Positions 38,791-52,255 of a DNA stretch of 61,414 nt are shown piece after piece (position 1 is the first letter of the stretch; every line of letters starts with the position of its first letter). The notes beneath the pieces were generated by a model. It saw only the letters and a list, made by a program, of their open reading frames with translations. It was not told the DNA's origin and searched no databases. This DNA is from Girardia tigrina (taxonomy: Eukaryota): contig MQRK01220534.1 in assembly GCA_001938485.1 (NCBI GenBank), positions 1 through 61,414 of the forward strand, read 5' to 3'. A program made the position numbers and the translations under genes.

Positions 38791-40184
38791 AAATATTCAT
38801 CCGGATTGAAACATTACAATAAATATTTTTTATATTTTATTTTTATAGATTACTATCAAAATGAAATGTTCAATTGAATCACAATTCCTTTTTGATCAGG
38901 AAGTAATAATTATTAATATTATATAGAAATAATATACAAACATATTCTTTCATTATCTAAACTGATATTAAAATCAAAGTTAAAATTATTGTCAATTCTT
39001 GGCAACCAGCCGAAAACAAATCAAAAGGAAAATTTTCTTTACCAAATCGCAATTTCATTTATTATTGCATCTACCAAAATAAAAGAAAATAAAAAGTGGC
39101 AAAGAAGAATCTGAATATGTATTTCTGGAGTCCAAAATAACAAATAACTTCCTTATACCCACTTCAATTTATCTCCAGAAACATTTTCATTTACATCAAA
39201 CTAAATTGTTCCGACGGCAATCCAGATCGAAGCTTCGTCCATCTTTTTTCGACTAGTCGTTTGAAATGGATTTCTCCCGTTGTCATAAAGATAGAATCTA
39301 TAGGTCATTTATTCACATCATTGAAGACGTTCAGTATTAGTTTATTTCTTGGTTTTTCAGTTTCTATTTACTCATATTTTCTAATATTAACCGTGACTTC
39401 ATCCTTTTGAACATTCTCTATTTATAAGAATTTTCTGGATATTTATTTAAGTTTAGTAAAATATTATTGCTAGTTCTTTCTTTTCCCTATTGAAGAAAAT
39501 CGAGCATGAATGTTCCTAAAGAATCACAATGACTCATCTAGCATCACCCCTTACGAGTTACAAAACAAAATATTTAAAATTATAATGCAACAATATTTTG
39601 TAAAACATATTTCAATGAAATCTAATAAAAAATCTCTTACAGGGGTTGTTCACTAATATGCATAATTATATTCTGTAACATAATTTTCTGTAAATTTATT
39701 TCGTAACAGAAGTAACACAGACGAATATATACAGTAATATGAATCAGTTTATTAAAACACTCTCTATATACCCCCTCTGGTTTGTAAAAAATCCACAAAA
39801 GTCTAAATTATCATTGGTTTTATTCATAATTCCTATCAAAACGTACTTAATATCGCTAACACTGTCTATGTTATTTCTTACGTGATTTGATCGAGCTTTC
39901 AAAGGGTCAAAATTCATTAATATGGTCTAGTCGTGGAAAATATGGTAACAAATATATTAGTGGATTTTACTTGTGAAAAAAAACGTTTACAAATACTTAA
40001 TTCTGGTATTATCAATCACTACAACAGCCGAGCTATTGTGACTTAAATTTCCTATTTTTATCTCCTTTGCAAAAAAATACTACTCCGTCTACCATACAGT
40101 AATCAATGATCATTTTATCAAATATTACGCCACGATTTCTAATGCAGACAAATTGGCTTACATTTTCTTCTCAATTTTCCGATA

Positions 40185-40520
40185 CAGGAGAATTTTGAAG
40201 ATCATATAGAAAGAAAAGATAACAAACAACTTTGTCTGGAAGAGAGTGACAGAAATACTTGCTGAAAAACTTGAATCAGTAAAAGAGATCATCTAGAGAA
40301 GGAAGCTGAAATTTTCTGGACATCATATAAGAAAACTAGCACTAGCAAAAGTTACGATTGAAGGAAAAATGAAAGGAAAAAAACCAAGATGAAGACCAAA
40401 GAAAGACGACTCAAAAGAATGAAATGGATAAAACATGGAAGGTTTGAGAAGAGCGGCTGTAAATATAGAGCAGTTGGGAAGGCTCGTGTATAATGGGGTG
40501 CAGCCACAGCCAAACGGTCA
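40185..40520 (+). mobile_element. RTE-clade non-LTR retrotransposon, 5'-truncated 3' end
   Basis: RRILKII*KEKITNNFVWKRV...RRKLKFSGHHIR..LAKVTIEGKMKGKKPR*RP, typical of the RTE/BovB C-terminus. Confidence 0.8.
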
Positions 40521-40569
40521 AGATCCTTTTCAAACAAAAGTAGAAGAATTTCATTTTGTTTTATCAGTA

Positions 40570-40830
40570 ATTATCCAGTTTGATAATACGTTATCTCTTG
40601 TATCCCAAACATTGTATCGTATCACCATCGACCCTTTTTCGCTATTTTTCTAAAACTTTATAAACCGTTGCGACTGATAGTTCCACTTTCTTAGCTATTT
40701 CATGCACTTCTCTTGAACGATCTCATCAAGGTTATCTGTTTGATACAGCCGATTGTTATAACGCCTCGGTCCTTTCTCTGTCGTGAAGCGACTGCACTCG
40801 TGGAAAGTTATTTTTAATTTATCATTGTGC
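40570..40830 (-). mobile_element. Decayed mariner/Tc1 N-terminal (HTH) fragment
   Basis: VHEIAKKVELSVATVYKVL helix-turn-helix. Confidence 0.45.
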
Positions 40831-43100
40831 AAAATGGTTTTCTTTGTATTGAAATTTATTTGTCACTCAAATTACGGAGATATACTCCTCTATTGATGGG
40901 GAAATCATTCAATTTTTTCATTAATGTCATTATATATTAAATTTGCATCATAACAAAGGTCCAAATTTAATTATTTATCTTACTGAATACAATAATTTAT
41001 TACGTGAATACATTAAGTACAAAAATAATAACAATTAATTTATTGAAAATATTTTATTTCGTAAAAGTGCAATCTCTAAAAATACGTATAAGTTTACATT
41101 GAAATGTACATTAGTTTAGAAAAGTGTATTAGTCTAAGAGGATAAAAATGGAAATATGTTACTTTGTTCCCTTGAAATGCATTTAGTGCACGGTATATCA
41201 ACTGGGTCAGGATGTCTGATCGATAATGACTCACAAATCGGCCGATCAAAATGCCAGTCACATGCACTAAACAGAATCTTATTCCTGCAGCAGATACTGA
41301 TTTCCGCTTTGGCAACATTTCCAGCAACAATTAAGATTATGTATTTGATTGAATTGTAAAAGTTCATCAAAAGGTTTATGATAAAATGTTTTGTTGCATA
41401 AATATATCACAATTTCACATGGTATTGATAGTCGAACAAGCTGATTGTTTCTGCGCGAATTACTTAAAATGAGTAACAGAAATGACTGTAGTGTCCGTTT
41501 ATTTATAGCAGTTTATTCACAAATGTAAATGCAATCAACAAATGCAAATCAAGGCTACAAACAATAAATATTATATTTTATCTCTCTGCATAAACTAACC
41601 GCATATGATTTCAGAATACATTTTTCAAATTTAATTTATTTTTATGAAATTTATCAGAGAATTCATTGATGGAATCTGTACGACATTATTAATTTTCAGT
41701 ACACATTTGCATATGGTTACGGCTATTGAGATATTATTTCTTATAATTTCCCTATTGTTTATATTTTGAGAAATATTGTAAATGTGCTTTAATAATTGAA
41801 AAAATATATTTGAAATGATTAATAAAATATCGATTATCCTCAAGAAAGTGAGTAATTGCAGAAATGAACGAGACGTTCTGATTGGTTGAAATGGCATCAG
41901 ATATATTGACTGCTTTGTCAACTATAATGGGGGTCGTTAGAGTTTCAGAGGGGCCCCAAGACATATTTTGACAGAGGCGAATTGATAACACTGAAATGTA
42001 TTTCTGAAAATTGAACGGATAGATTAGTATACACCAGTGTCAATATCGAGCTTATGGGTGTCACAGAATACATTCAAGTCAACTGATCTATTTTGACTTG
42101 AGCTGCTCTTCCAAAGAGTCTTCCACTCAGAGATACACGATTATTATTTTAATTATGAATAATTGCTTGAATAAATATGTAATACTTTTGAATAGTTATT
42201 CTTTAATCTTCTAAACAAAGGCTCAGTATTAAAATCACACATTATAATTATAAATAAAAGTGTTGTTTACAAAGTGTATTAAAAACTACATGGTCTGTTC
42301 AATTGAAAATTATCTTAAAGTTTATTCAAAAGTTTTTTTGTGAAAGGATGTTGAAGAATAAATGTTTATAAGTGATATAATCAACTGCTGAGGAAATAAG
42401 TTTGATTACCTGATCGAAAAATTGTGATGGGTACAGTGATTGATCGTAAGGGGTAACACAAGAAGTAAGACTTTCAGGTAACAGTGTAAGAAATAATTTT
42501 GATCAAAATTGAATAATTGATCAAAAAATAAAAATTTAAAATAGGATGGAAGTCAGAGATGATGAAGAGATTTGGATTTTAGGAAAAACAATACTAATAA
42601 TAATTGGTAATATCAAGTTTAATTTTAAAATATATTTTACAGTTGAATAATTGAATGTTATTTTAATATTCAATTATTGTTGTTATTTTATTATTTGATT
42701 ATTTGTGATAGAATTTAAATATATTTATTCTTGATGGATTTCGATTGTGTTCTTACTTTTACATTTATATCAAAACATATCTACTCATTTATTTTTAATA
42801 ATAATAATAATTGTGAGAATTTCGGAAATCTCGTTTAAAATTTTTAATTAAAGATAAAAAATATTTTAATTATGAAATTATAAAAGTAGAAATAAAAATT
42901 TAATATAAAATACGTGAAGACAATTAAGTTTTAATATTAATAATATTTAAAAATAAATGTTTTAGATACAAGTTTAAATAATGAAACTTGTAATTAAATA
43001 GATTTAAAACAAAACGAAGTAAACTTAAAATAATAATATTAGTAAATAATATAGATTTGGAAACAAATTTATTAAACATTAAAAAGTAAATACAATATAA

Positions 43101-43132
<32 letters not shown>

Positions 43133-43182
43133 NNNNNNNNNNNNNNNNNNNNNNNNNNNNNNNNNNNNNNNNNNNNNNNNNN

Positions 43183-43221
<39 letters not shown>

Positions 43222-44149
43222 CATTAAATACAGAACTAATATATAAATATTTGAAAATAGTTTTAAATTAAAAAATAAATTACAGTATAAAATTTCCAAA
43301 ATAATTAATTTACATATATTATTGGTTTGTACAAGAAAAATTAAAAACTGTTCTTCAGAAATTTACTTAGGTAAAGATTGTTTAAATAATATATTTATTG
43401 TTCTTAATAAATAAAGGTTTTCTGAAATTTCATTCCAACACAACTAAGAACATAATAATAATAAATGTAAAAAGACAGTTATAAATAAAAATCAATAAAA
43501 AATAAAAAGGCTTTTTATTAAATATTATATACCATTACGTGAACTCTACTTCTTTAGAAATCGTGGTAAACATTAAATTTCGATATTTCTATGTTAACTG
43601 TAAAAGAGTTAACTGAAAACGTGTTTCAGTGAACTCCTTTAACGTAAAAACATAAAGATAAATATGTATAAAACTTTTATTTTTATACAATATAAATAAA
43701 CATATATAACAAAAAAAATCACATACGAGAGGAAGAGAGTGTCATGGATAAATCTCGATTTCGATTAGTGTTTATAGTTCTAAGGTTTCGAGGAACGATC
43801 TTCTGTTGTAACAATGCCGATGGAAACGTCAGAGAATCGTTTGATTGCACAACTGATTTTGAGGAAACAGATTATATGGAAAGATGCACTTTCAGGGGAA
43901 TTAATAATCCACCAACGATAGAACGATTCTTCGGTAAGGTGAATATCGACATTGGACGCTCGTTCTATCGCAATCACTGATTTCGTGAATTTCCGATCGG
44001 TTTATGAGAAATTCGTACAGAAAATTCCGGATAATATTAATACCGATAAATAATATTAATATTGATTTATTTATTTATATATAGCAGAAATTACACAGAA
44101 TATGATGCAAGTGAAAAGTGTAAGATCCAGAATGACAAATTGGAAGAAG

Positions 44150-44540
44150 GTCCCAAATCAATTGGGAAAAAGACATTCTGAGAGTTTTAAATTTTCACAT
44201 AGCTTACTTAATTACTTAAAAACGATATACAAGTTTGTCTTTTACTTCGATGGTAAAAGGGCTTTTCTCATTGAGATCAGAACAGATTTTGGTGTGCAAG
44301 CTAATATTGTTTACAAATTTATATTTCATTGATGTCCAAATTATACATTGGAGAGACACGCCATCATATTTTGATTGTTCTGATTTTGATTATTAAAAAC
44401 CAAGTTGGGTCATTTAATATTTAAATAGTAATAAAAGAAACATAATCAAGATATGTTTAATAAATGAATGAAGGGTTATTAAGTCTTAAAGAAGACATAA
44501 GATATAACAAACAGTTGGTCACTTTGAAACTTTATGTTCA
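44150..44540 (+). mobile_element. Decayed Penelope-like GIY-YIG fragment
   Basis: FGVQANIVYKF (cf. FGMKANLVYQY) followed, after a frameshift, by YIGETRHH at ~44343. Confidence 0.75.
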
Positions 44541-44716
44541 AAAATAAACATAACTAAAAGTTAGAATACATTAAATAAGTTCCGCAATTCGTAACAAGAA
44601 TCAGCGATTATGTACAGATGGAGAAATTCAATAATTGTTTAGATAATTTAAAACGTAAATTAAAATGTAAATTAAAGATAAAAAAAATTGAAATTGGAAT
44701 TTTTAAATTCCAATTT

Positions 44717-44753
<37 letters not shown>

Positions 44754-44803
44754 NNNNNNNNNNNNNNNNNNNNNNNNNNNNNNNNNNNNNNNNNNNNNNN
44801 NNN

Positions 44804-44853
<50 letters not shown>

Positions 44854-46132
44854 GCATTTGTTATTATTATAAATTACTGTTAGAAAGAAAAGAAGAAAAA
44901 TTTATAAATTACTTTTGTTATTTTGAAGAAAAAAACTATAAAAAAAGGAATTTATATGTAAATTTGTTATTTTTGCTTTTGTTTAAATATGTTAATTATT
45001 ATGAAAAAGTTGGAAACCAATAAAATAAAATATTTATATCGATTTCTGACTATTTCTTAATTAATTATTATTTAAGAGATCTAGTTAAATTAAAACAGCC
45101 GGAAAGAAAGGTAATAAAAGAAAAATTTCAGCAAATAAGGCGTTTGTGAATTTCATTAAACAGAAGAAAGAATACACAAAATAAAAATTGAAGTGTAACG
45201 TGGATTTTATCCTTTACACCTAGAAAATCACAATCAACTTCAAATACCATAACAAATAATGTTTAGATTGAATAAATCGTTCCCCTTGTCTCATGGTTCA
45301 ATTTATCCAACCATACAGGAAATCTCTAATATTAGTGAAAGTAATACAACAATTGGCTGGAAAACCGCCCTCGTTAGGGCGAGAATTATTGACCGCAGGA
45401 CAGTCTCTTGAGAATTTTGGGGCGCGTTCCTATGGGTCAGAACGCTAATACCTGGTCCCGCCGGAGATTTTATGTTGGGAATGAAAAAGACCAGCAAAAG
45501 TAATTTTAAAGAGTTTTCACACAGAAATGTTGTGTAATTGAAATTGACCACCGATTGGCGGGTCAGATCTTATTGCATATTCACGCCATTCTTTGTTATA
45601 TATATATATATATATATTGTATTTTTGTATTTCAATATAGTTTTACTAACCGATGTCTTTTAATTCTTTTACTCTAAAAAATTGACTTTTTATTTTTTTG
45701 CTACTTTATCTAAAGCGTTTATACATGATTCTAAATCAAATTGGTATAAAATATAATAAAATAAAAGTTGTTGAACATGTTGAATTGATAAATATGAGCA
45801 GTTCAAAATATATGTGGTGTGCTTTCGACTCGCTCTTTCGAATCTTGAAAACCTTGTATATTTTTTGTTAAAATCATATTTTAAAAAAATTGGTACGACA
45901 TTTGAATACCAGTTAATTTACGCAACAGACTCCTGGTACCCTGCAATCGTCAGGTGGGTGATTTAATTAACAACATTAGAAGTCCCTAATTAAACAACAA
46001 ATCAAGTCTTTCATGAAAATTAATTTATTCTAAAATTTATTTGTTTTATTGGACATATTGTTTTATGAGTTTTATTAATTACTCCCAAAAGTGATCATCA
46101 GAGAAAAGCAAAACATTAAAAAAAACACCTAC

Positions 46133-46262
46133 ATTCCATCCGCAGACAATGTTGAGTTCGCGATAGCCGAATCTTTGGAGTTGCTTCGGCAAACATTTCC
46201 GACAACTGTTTTCCAGCAATTGTCAGAAGCTCGATAATTGATGTTTCCTCGGCAACTGGTAG
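46133..46262 (-). CDS. Putative internal exon (130 nt) of an unidentified host gene
   Basis: Acceptor ttgtcAG, donor GTAGGT. Open in the frame (A)TSCRGNINYRASDNCWKTVVGNVCRSNSKDSAIANSTLSADG, phase-compatible with exon 53296-53809. Confidence 0.55.
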
Positions 46263-47208
46263 CTGACAATGACAGAAACAAAATGATCAAATGGGGTTGT
46301 AAAATATACACATATACATATTTTACTATAATAATAATATTTTATCATTAATTCCCAAGCACTTGTCTATAAATACATTGAACTTTTCTAAACTTTGATA
46401 TCGCCGCTTTTATTATAATGGATACGGTTGAATTAAATTATTAATTTATCAAAGAATTATATTGTTTAGAGAGTAATAGTTTCTAATCATTTATATTGTC
46501 TTTTACTAGTGATTGATATCTGATGATCCGAGAATTTTACTTTAATCCTTCATTAAAGATTTTTGTAAATGGTTTTTGCTTTTGTCATATTGAACTTTTA
46601 CCCAATGACTTTTAAATTATAAAAATAAATATTGACTCTTGAAGTTGTGTATATTTTTTAAAATTTGAATTTGAGTTTTATGTACCCCGATAATTGGTCC
46701 GCCCAACTGGAGCGACATCCTGGCCGAATACAACGTCCATAAATTATAACTCACCTAGGTCACACGTGCAAGACTGGTATGTTCGTCCATGGATGTGAGG
46801 GATATTGTAGGGATTAAAGATTGGAAGATTTTTAACAGATGTTTGTGATTATTTGGATTAAACTTTTAACAAAATGAAAATCATTTCCAAAATATGAATA
46901 TATAATAACCCCCTTTGAAATTTATCCCCAAAATCATTTTCAAGTTTTTTACCTTCGCTCTTTGGTTTAATTAAAATGCTTAAAATAGAAAGAATTTTCG
47001 AAGATTAAAATAAAAAGAAATTCGGGAAAATCAAAGATTATAAATTGGTCCATCAACGACCAAATAATGCACGAAATATTTGTATCTGACCGAGAATCAA
47101 ATTTCAAACAGAATCTTGAATATCAGTAAGCAATATTCAATTGTTTATGGATTATTTGAATCTGTATTACAGATCACTTTTCCAATTTGATCCCTGAAGA
47201 GTCCCGCC

Positions 47209-47635
47209 TATTAAGAACATTGAGACAATTCTCATTTGAATTTTTATTAATATCACATTTAGAGTCATCACAACTCTCAGATGATCGTTCACTATTTGAC
47301 ATCGTTCTAATTGGTTTTGTAATTTCTATTTTTAATCATTATTATTCGAACAATTTTTCTAAATCTTTTGAAAATATTTAATTTCTAAAAATATTAATTT
47401 AAAATAATAATTTAATCCATTTCTTAATAAAAACCCGAAATAATAAAAATGTTATTGAAAATGAATTTAATTTAAATTATATTAAAAAAATATTATACTT
47501 TATTTTAATTATGTTCGATTAGTCAATCACTTTAAATTTAAAAAATATCACTTTCCATTCTAAGTTCAGCATACTCAAATCAACATACAGCATCAATACA
47601 CTCACACATTTAAACAATTTAAAATATTCCTCTCA
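47209..47635 (-). mobile_element. Solo LTR with 5-bp TSD CCGCC
   Basis: Copy of 14604-15105; CCGCC at 47204-47208 and 47636-47640. Confidence 0.88.
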
Positions 47636-48247
47636 CCGCCAATCAAAGATTTGCCAACCAAACATTCCCAAAACATTAACATTACAATCGGAAAAAAATT
47701 TTAAAGATAAATTAACAAATTTATAAACTTGATATGTGATTTCAGTGTAAAATTAAAATAACCCCTCTATTAAAACTGTTCCCTCAAAAAGAAGTAGAAT
47801 CACAAACTTCTAGTCATTAAGTACGATTTACACCGAATAAAACAAGTCTCTGAAAAGTAGATTGTAAAAGTCTTTTTCAATAATCATATGATGATATTTT
47901 AGGCAAACTAATAAATCTTTTAAAATTTTTAAAATGAAAACTATAAAATATTCAAACATAATGTATAAAAATTTTACAATCATTTTTTACAATTCTGGTA
48001 GTAGTATCAATAATTAAAATTCAGATTTAATCACATAAATAATAATTGTATATGTTAAGATTATGGTGAACTCGTTTAAATTTTTGAATTAAAAGTTTCA
48101 AAATATTTAAAATAAATATTGAACATTGTAGGACTTTAAAATAAGATTTAAATAACTTCAAATAATAACTTCAACATAAAATAAAATGGTTTACAAATAA
48201 AATAAAAACATTAAAATAATTTTAAAGTAATATAAATCTTTTGCTAA

Positions 48248-48881
48248 GGGGCTGTTAATTTAATACGTAACGCAAAAAATAGGAATTTTTGATCCCTCCA
48301 CATCGCAAATTGTCACAAATCTCTAGACCTCAAAATGTTAAGTAACGCCCAAATTTTTAGTTCACAAACTTTTATTTAATAATCAAAAAAATATATAAAT
48401 TGTTTCATTTCCTTCACTCAGCCAGCTTTCTACCTTATTTGTTCTACTCCCAAGGGTAAGCCAAATATGTATCCAAACTTTAAGTAAATCTAGTTCTTTT
48501 TTGATTTACTTAGTTAACTTTAAAATTATTTTACCGTATTATGAGAATTTCATGAAAGAACAAAATTTTGCAACATATTTTTTACTTAGAAATTTCTTGC
48601 TTTTTCTACATTGAATTTAGCAAACTTTTAAATATAATATTGAAGTATTGGTATGCGAAATCGAAAATGACTAATTGCCCCTCGGTAATACCAATATAAA
48701 TATTTTGAGCTCACTACTAATGATAATTTCTTACTGTTAATTTATTTCACAATTTTTAATAGATTGCCAATTTTTCCAAAAGTGTTACGTAAAAAATTCC
48801 TGAACCCACACCCCATGTCACAAATCGCCTGACTCATCCCCCAACTCCACCTTAAGCGTTACGTATTAAATGAACAGCCCC
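48248..48881. mobile_element. Non-autonomous DNA transposon with TAA TSD (PIF/Harbinger-like)
   Basis: 26-bp TIRs GGGGCTGTTAATTTAATACGTAACGC / GCGTTACGTATTAAATGAACAGCCCC, TAA on both sides. Confidence 0.8.
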
Positions 48882-49219
48882 TAATTTAATTAAAATTTGT
48901 TTTTACAATGGAATAAAATAAGTAAAGTTAATTTATAATTTTTAAATAAACATATTGTAAATTTTTTTTTAAATTTTGTTAAAATAACTTTAAATGGAAT
49001 AAAAATATTAAGAATGAAATGAATATATAAATTCTGAACCGAAAGACTTAATATAATGTTATTTTAAAATGTGAATAACCTTGAGAATTATAAATTTAAA
49101 AAAAATCAAGAAGTAAAATAAAGTTTATGTTACGCATAATAAAATTTCGGAAAAGAAAATGAAATTATTTAATCGTGAAAAATTAAAACAAGTTAATAAA
49201 AAGTCTAGTGACAATTTAA

Positions 49220-49648
49220 GCGCAATTTCCTTATGTTATTCGGTGCCCAAATATTAAAACGTTTATATCAGTATTTGACTATGATTAATTTTTTGTGACC
49301 GAACGAATGGATATTTTTGAAAACTTTCTTTGGCAATATTGTTCTAAATTATTGCAGGAATCGATTGGTAAATGTTTCAATTCGCTAAGTGGTCTGTTTG
49401 CCGAGATATAGGCCAAAACTGCATTTTTTCGAGGTTTTTTGGCTTTTCCGGGAAATCCATGAAGGAATTCCGGGAATTTTTTGGCCCACAATCATCCTCC
49501 GAACTTGCTTAACATATTTGCTTTTGGAACTAGACCTCGATATTGCTTCGTTGAGGAGGAGATACGACTTAAAGCTGCGGACACACATCCATCCATCCAC
49601 ACAGAAATAACCAATTAATAATCGCAATTGTCAGTATGGAAATTGCGC
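49220..49648. mobile_element. Non-autonomous element with 11-bp TIRs and TAA flanks
   Basis: GCGCAATTTCC ... GGAAATTGCGC; internal (CATC)n tract. Superfamily unclear. Confidence 0.6.
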
Positions 49649-50156
49649 TAAAAAGTAAAATGAATTATCATTTCATTTATTATACCGGTTTGAGATTTAT
49701 GTAACAAATAGTTTCTCAAAATTAAGAATAAAATAAATGAATTTCTTTTCAATTAAATTTGTTTAAATAAAGAGTATTAGTTCATTTTTTTCGGATTAAT
49801 CAAAACTTGAAATTGGATATAGTCTTTTAATATCGATAATGTTGGAGATGTTCCAAACACATCTAACACTGTGTATTCATATATATTTTATAAATTCACT
49901 AACTGACCTATTAGATAATAACGTTATCTCTACAGATTTAATAAATAAATATCGAAAGAAACTAATGATATCAGAGGCAAGGTTTTTATTAATGTTGACG
50001 AAACCATTTGCATTGGATGCAATTTAACCAAGACTATCGGGTAATGGTCAATGCAGAATTAAAAAAAACGTTTTAATCGTAAATATCATGACCTAAGGAA
50101 AGTATTGATTTATAAAATAACTAAAACATCTTTTATGAGGTGAATATTTTTTGAAG

Positions 50157-50361
50157 TGTGAGGGAAAATTCAGAATGGTGTAAGTTTGTTGTTTGTATGC
50201 TGTTTAGATTTCTGACTCAACTACTCAAATGGGATTGATATATTATTGATTAATTAATCGAATGTAATGAAATAATTTAATGAGATTAATTTTTAAATAC
50301 TAATTAATTAAAAGTTTTATAATTATAAATCTTAAAAATATTTTTAGTAAACGATTTTAAC
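50157..50361 (+). repeat. Truncated LTR-like repeat (starts TGTGAGGGAAAATT); inverted copy of 4808-5013
   Basis: Direct sequence similarity; start matches the solo-LTR family terminus. Confidence 0.7.
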
Positions 50362-50364
50362 TAG

Positions 50365-50700
50365 TTTAGACGAAATGAGGGCTCACCAATTGAACACTCC
50401 GTCTCGCCATCTTGACTTGGTTTCATGATAGTCGTGTTCGAGAAATTCTAAATTAAATTCTTCGCTCGCATTCTGTAGACTTTGAACCGCTTTCAATTCG
50501 ACAAATCTTTAGAACATCTATTCTTTCCGCTCTTTTTCTGTTATTCTCAACACCAGATTTCAATCTTCTTCATCTTTGAACAATTTTTCCAAACTCAAAT
50601 CATCGCAATTGTTACTGGACAATTCGCCCTCCTCATTATCACTGTTTCTATCCAATTTCGATTTTTTACTTTTACAACACTTTAAAATCATCTTCATTTG
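50365..50700 (-). pseudogene. RTF1: RTF1 (PAF1 complex) N-terminal pseudogene fragment
   Basis: EEGELS...LFKDEED*NLVLRITEKERKE*MF*RFVE ~ RTF1 EEGEVS...[28 protein letters not shown]. In-frame stops at 50560, 50518 and 50509. Confidence 0.62.
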
Positions 50701-51449
50701 ATGAATACATTTTCGGTTTTTTTTATATTCGCCATTTAAGAAAAAATACTGAATATTCGAAATCCAACGCGACTCAAACTTTTTTTTCAACTCTAGACAC
50801 CGATCAATCTAGTAAAACAAAACCCTGTCCTCTTTTCCAACCGATCATTAAAAAAACAAATGGCGATCCAAAACTTTTATTCCAAAATTATATTGCGCCA
50901 AATCATAAAAACATTAACTATTCGATTTAAACAATCGATTTCAAAATAAATTTACTAAAAGTAACTGGCCAATCAAAACGACCGAAAACTCGAGAATTAT
51001 TTTTCGAAAACAATGATACCATACATCGTAGTATTTATTTGATTAAATATTTTTTAATGTCTTTTTAGAAAAATGCTTTTGTTCTTTCTTTTTTTATTAT
51101 TTAATTTTGTGCCATTTTGGCATTTTTTATGTTTTTAATTTAATTTTTTATTATTTTATAAAACTCTTGATCCACTTAATTCCAAACAATACACAAACGA
51201 CAAATAAAGATTCAATATCGAATCGTCAAAATGATTCCATAAAGACACAGAAAGATACGAGAATCCCAATTTACCTTTGTTTACAAAACAGCCCAAACGA
51301 TATTTTTATCAGTTGAGAAAAATATTTCAATAAAATTATAAATTTTCTTTTTGAAAAATAATGTCGAGAAGAATTTATATCCAATTCAGTTTCATGAAAC
51401 ATATTTGTGAGTATAAAATGACATAAATATCATTGATCCAGTAATACTC

Positions 51450-52255
51450 ATGGGAGTATAAAGATAACAATTCGAACTTTCAGTTGGGTCCTCTGATAGT
51501 TGGAATTCAAGTCTGCACTCAAAGGCTTCTTCATTGGAAACATTAGATTGGTTATCTTTGGCAGAATTGAAGCTGCTGACGCAGTCTTATCTATTCGTAT
51601 CACCGATATTTTAACATTCTTTATCATCGATTCTTTTTATTGGTGCTTTTTGAAACATTGTCGATTTTGAAAAGTATCAAAATCATTGGCGGTGTTTATC
51701 GAATAAATATATTTGAAGTGTTTCTGGCTTCTAGACATTCGCGCTCTTCTGATAATAGAAATTGGTTGTATTTTTAATTGAATCATCTTATTAACCCATG
51801 CATAGAATTGTTCAGACCATTTAAAAAAAATTTCGGTGGAGCCCTTCATATCTCTTGCTCCCCCAATTTAAAATCAAGCAATTGTCTTGGATCGTACTAC
51901 GTAAAAGCGACTCTAAAAGTTCAACTCAAAGACAAGTCGCATTTAGGCGGAACTTGAACAGTAAATTCTGAATCAATCTGTAAGCCATCGAACCAAATCC
52001 CTCAACAAGCACTAAAGATTGTCCTCCAAACCCAACATTTCTTAATCATCAATTGAGACATATTCACAATCTTGCAAAGATTAATAACTGCCTTGTGAAT
52101 TGACTGAAATTCAAGTTTAACGATGTGTAAAGAATTTCATAAAATATTTGCGAAATTCGAGTGATGACTGTTTCATCCACAGAATAATTATTTGTGACGA
52201 AAATCGGATATATTTTATCAATCCAGATAAATAAAATTAATGGTTGGACCTTCAT
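51450..52255 (-). pseudogene. Disabled coding-like segment of unknown identity
   Basis: Raised GC and consecutive same-strand ORF pieces (52064-52255, 51637-51849) broken by stops and frameshifts; no TE motifs recognised. Confidence 0.35.

Noticed and set aside
41094-42140. Several overlapping 67-96 aa ORFs, one Cys-rich
   Set aside because: No recognisable domain, no unambiguous frame or splice pattern; could be regulatory or a decayed gene.
43105-45023. YIYIYI-type ORFs
   Set aside because: Translations of (TA)n microsatellites and N gaps.
45366-45385. CCCTAAC as a telomerase RNA template, or a twister ribozyme
   Set aside because: Only one partial repeat, buried in a hairpin; the twister core is incomplete.
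37660-50700. Alternative nuclear genetic code as the main explanation for in-frame stops
   Set aside because: The stops correspond to different residues (Tyr, Arg, Gln/Glu), neighbouring pseudogenes also have frameshifts, and the good exons are stop-free under the standard code.
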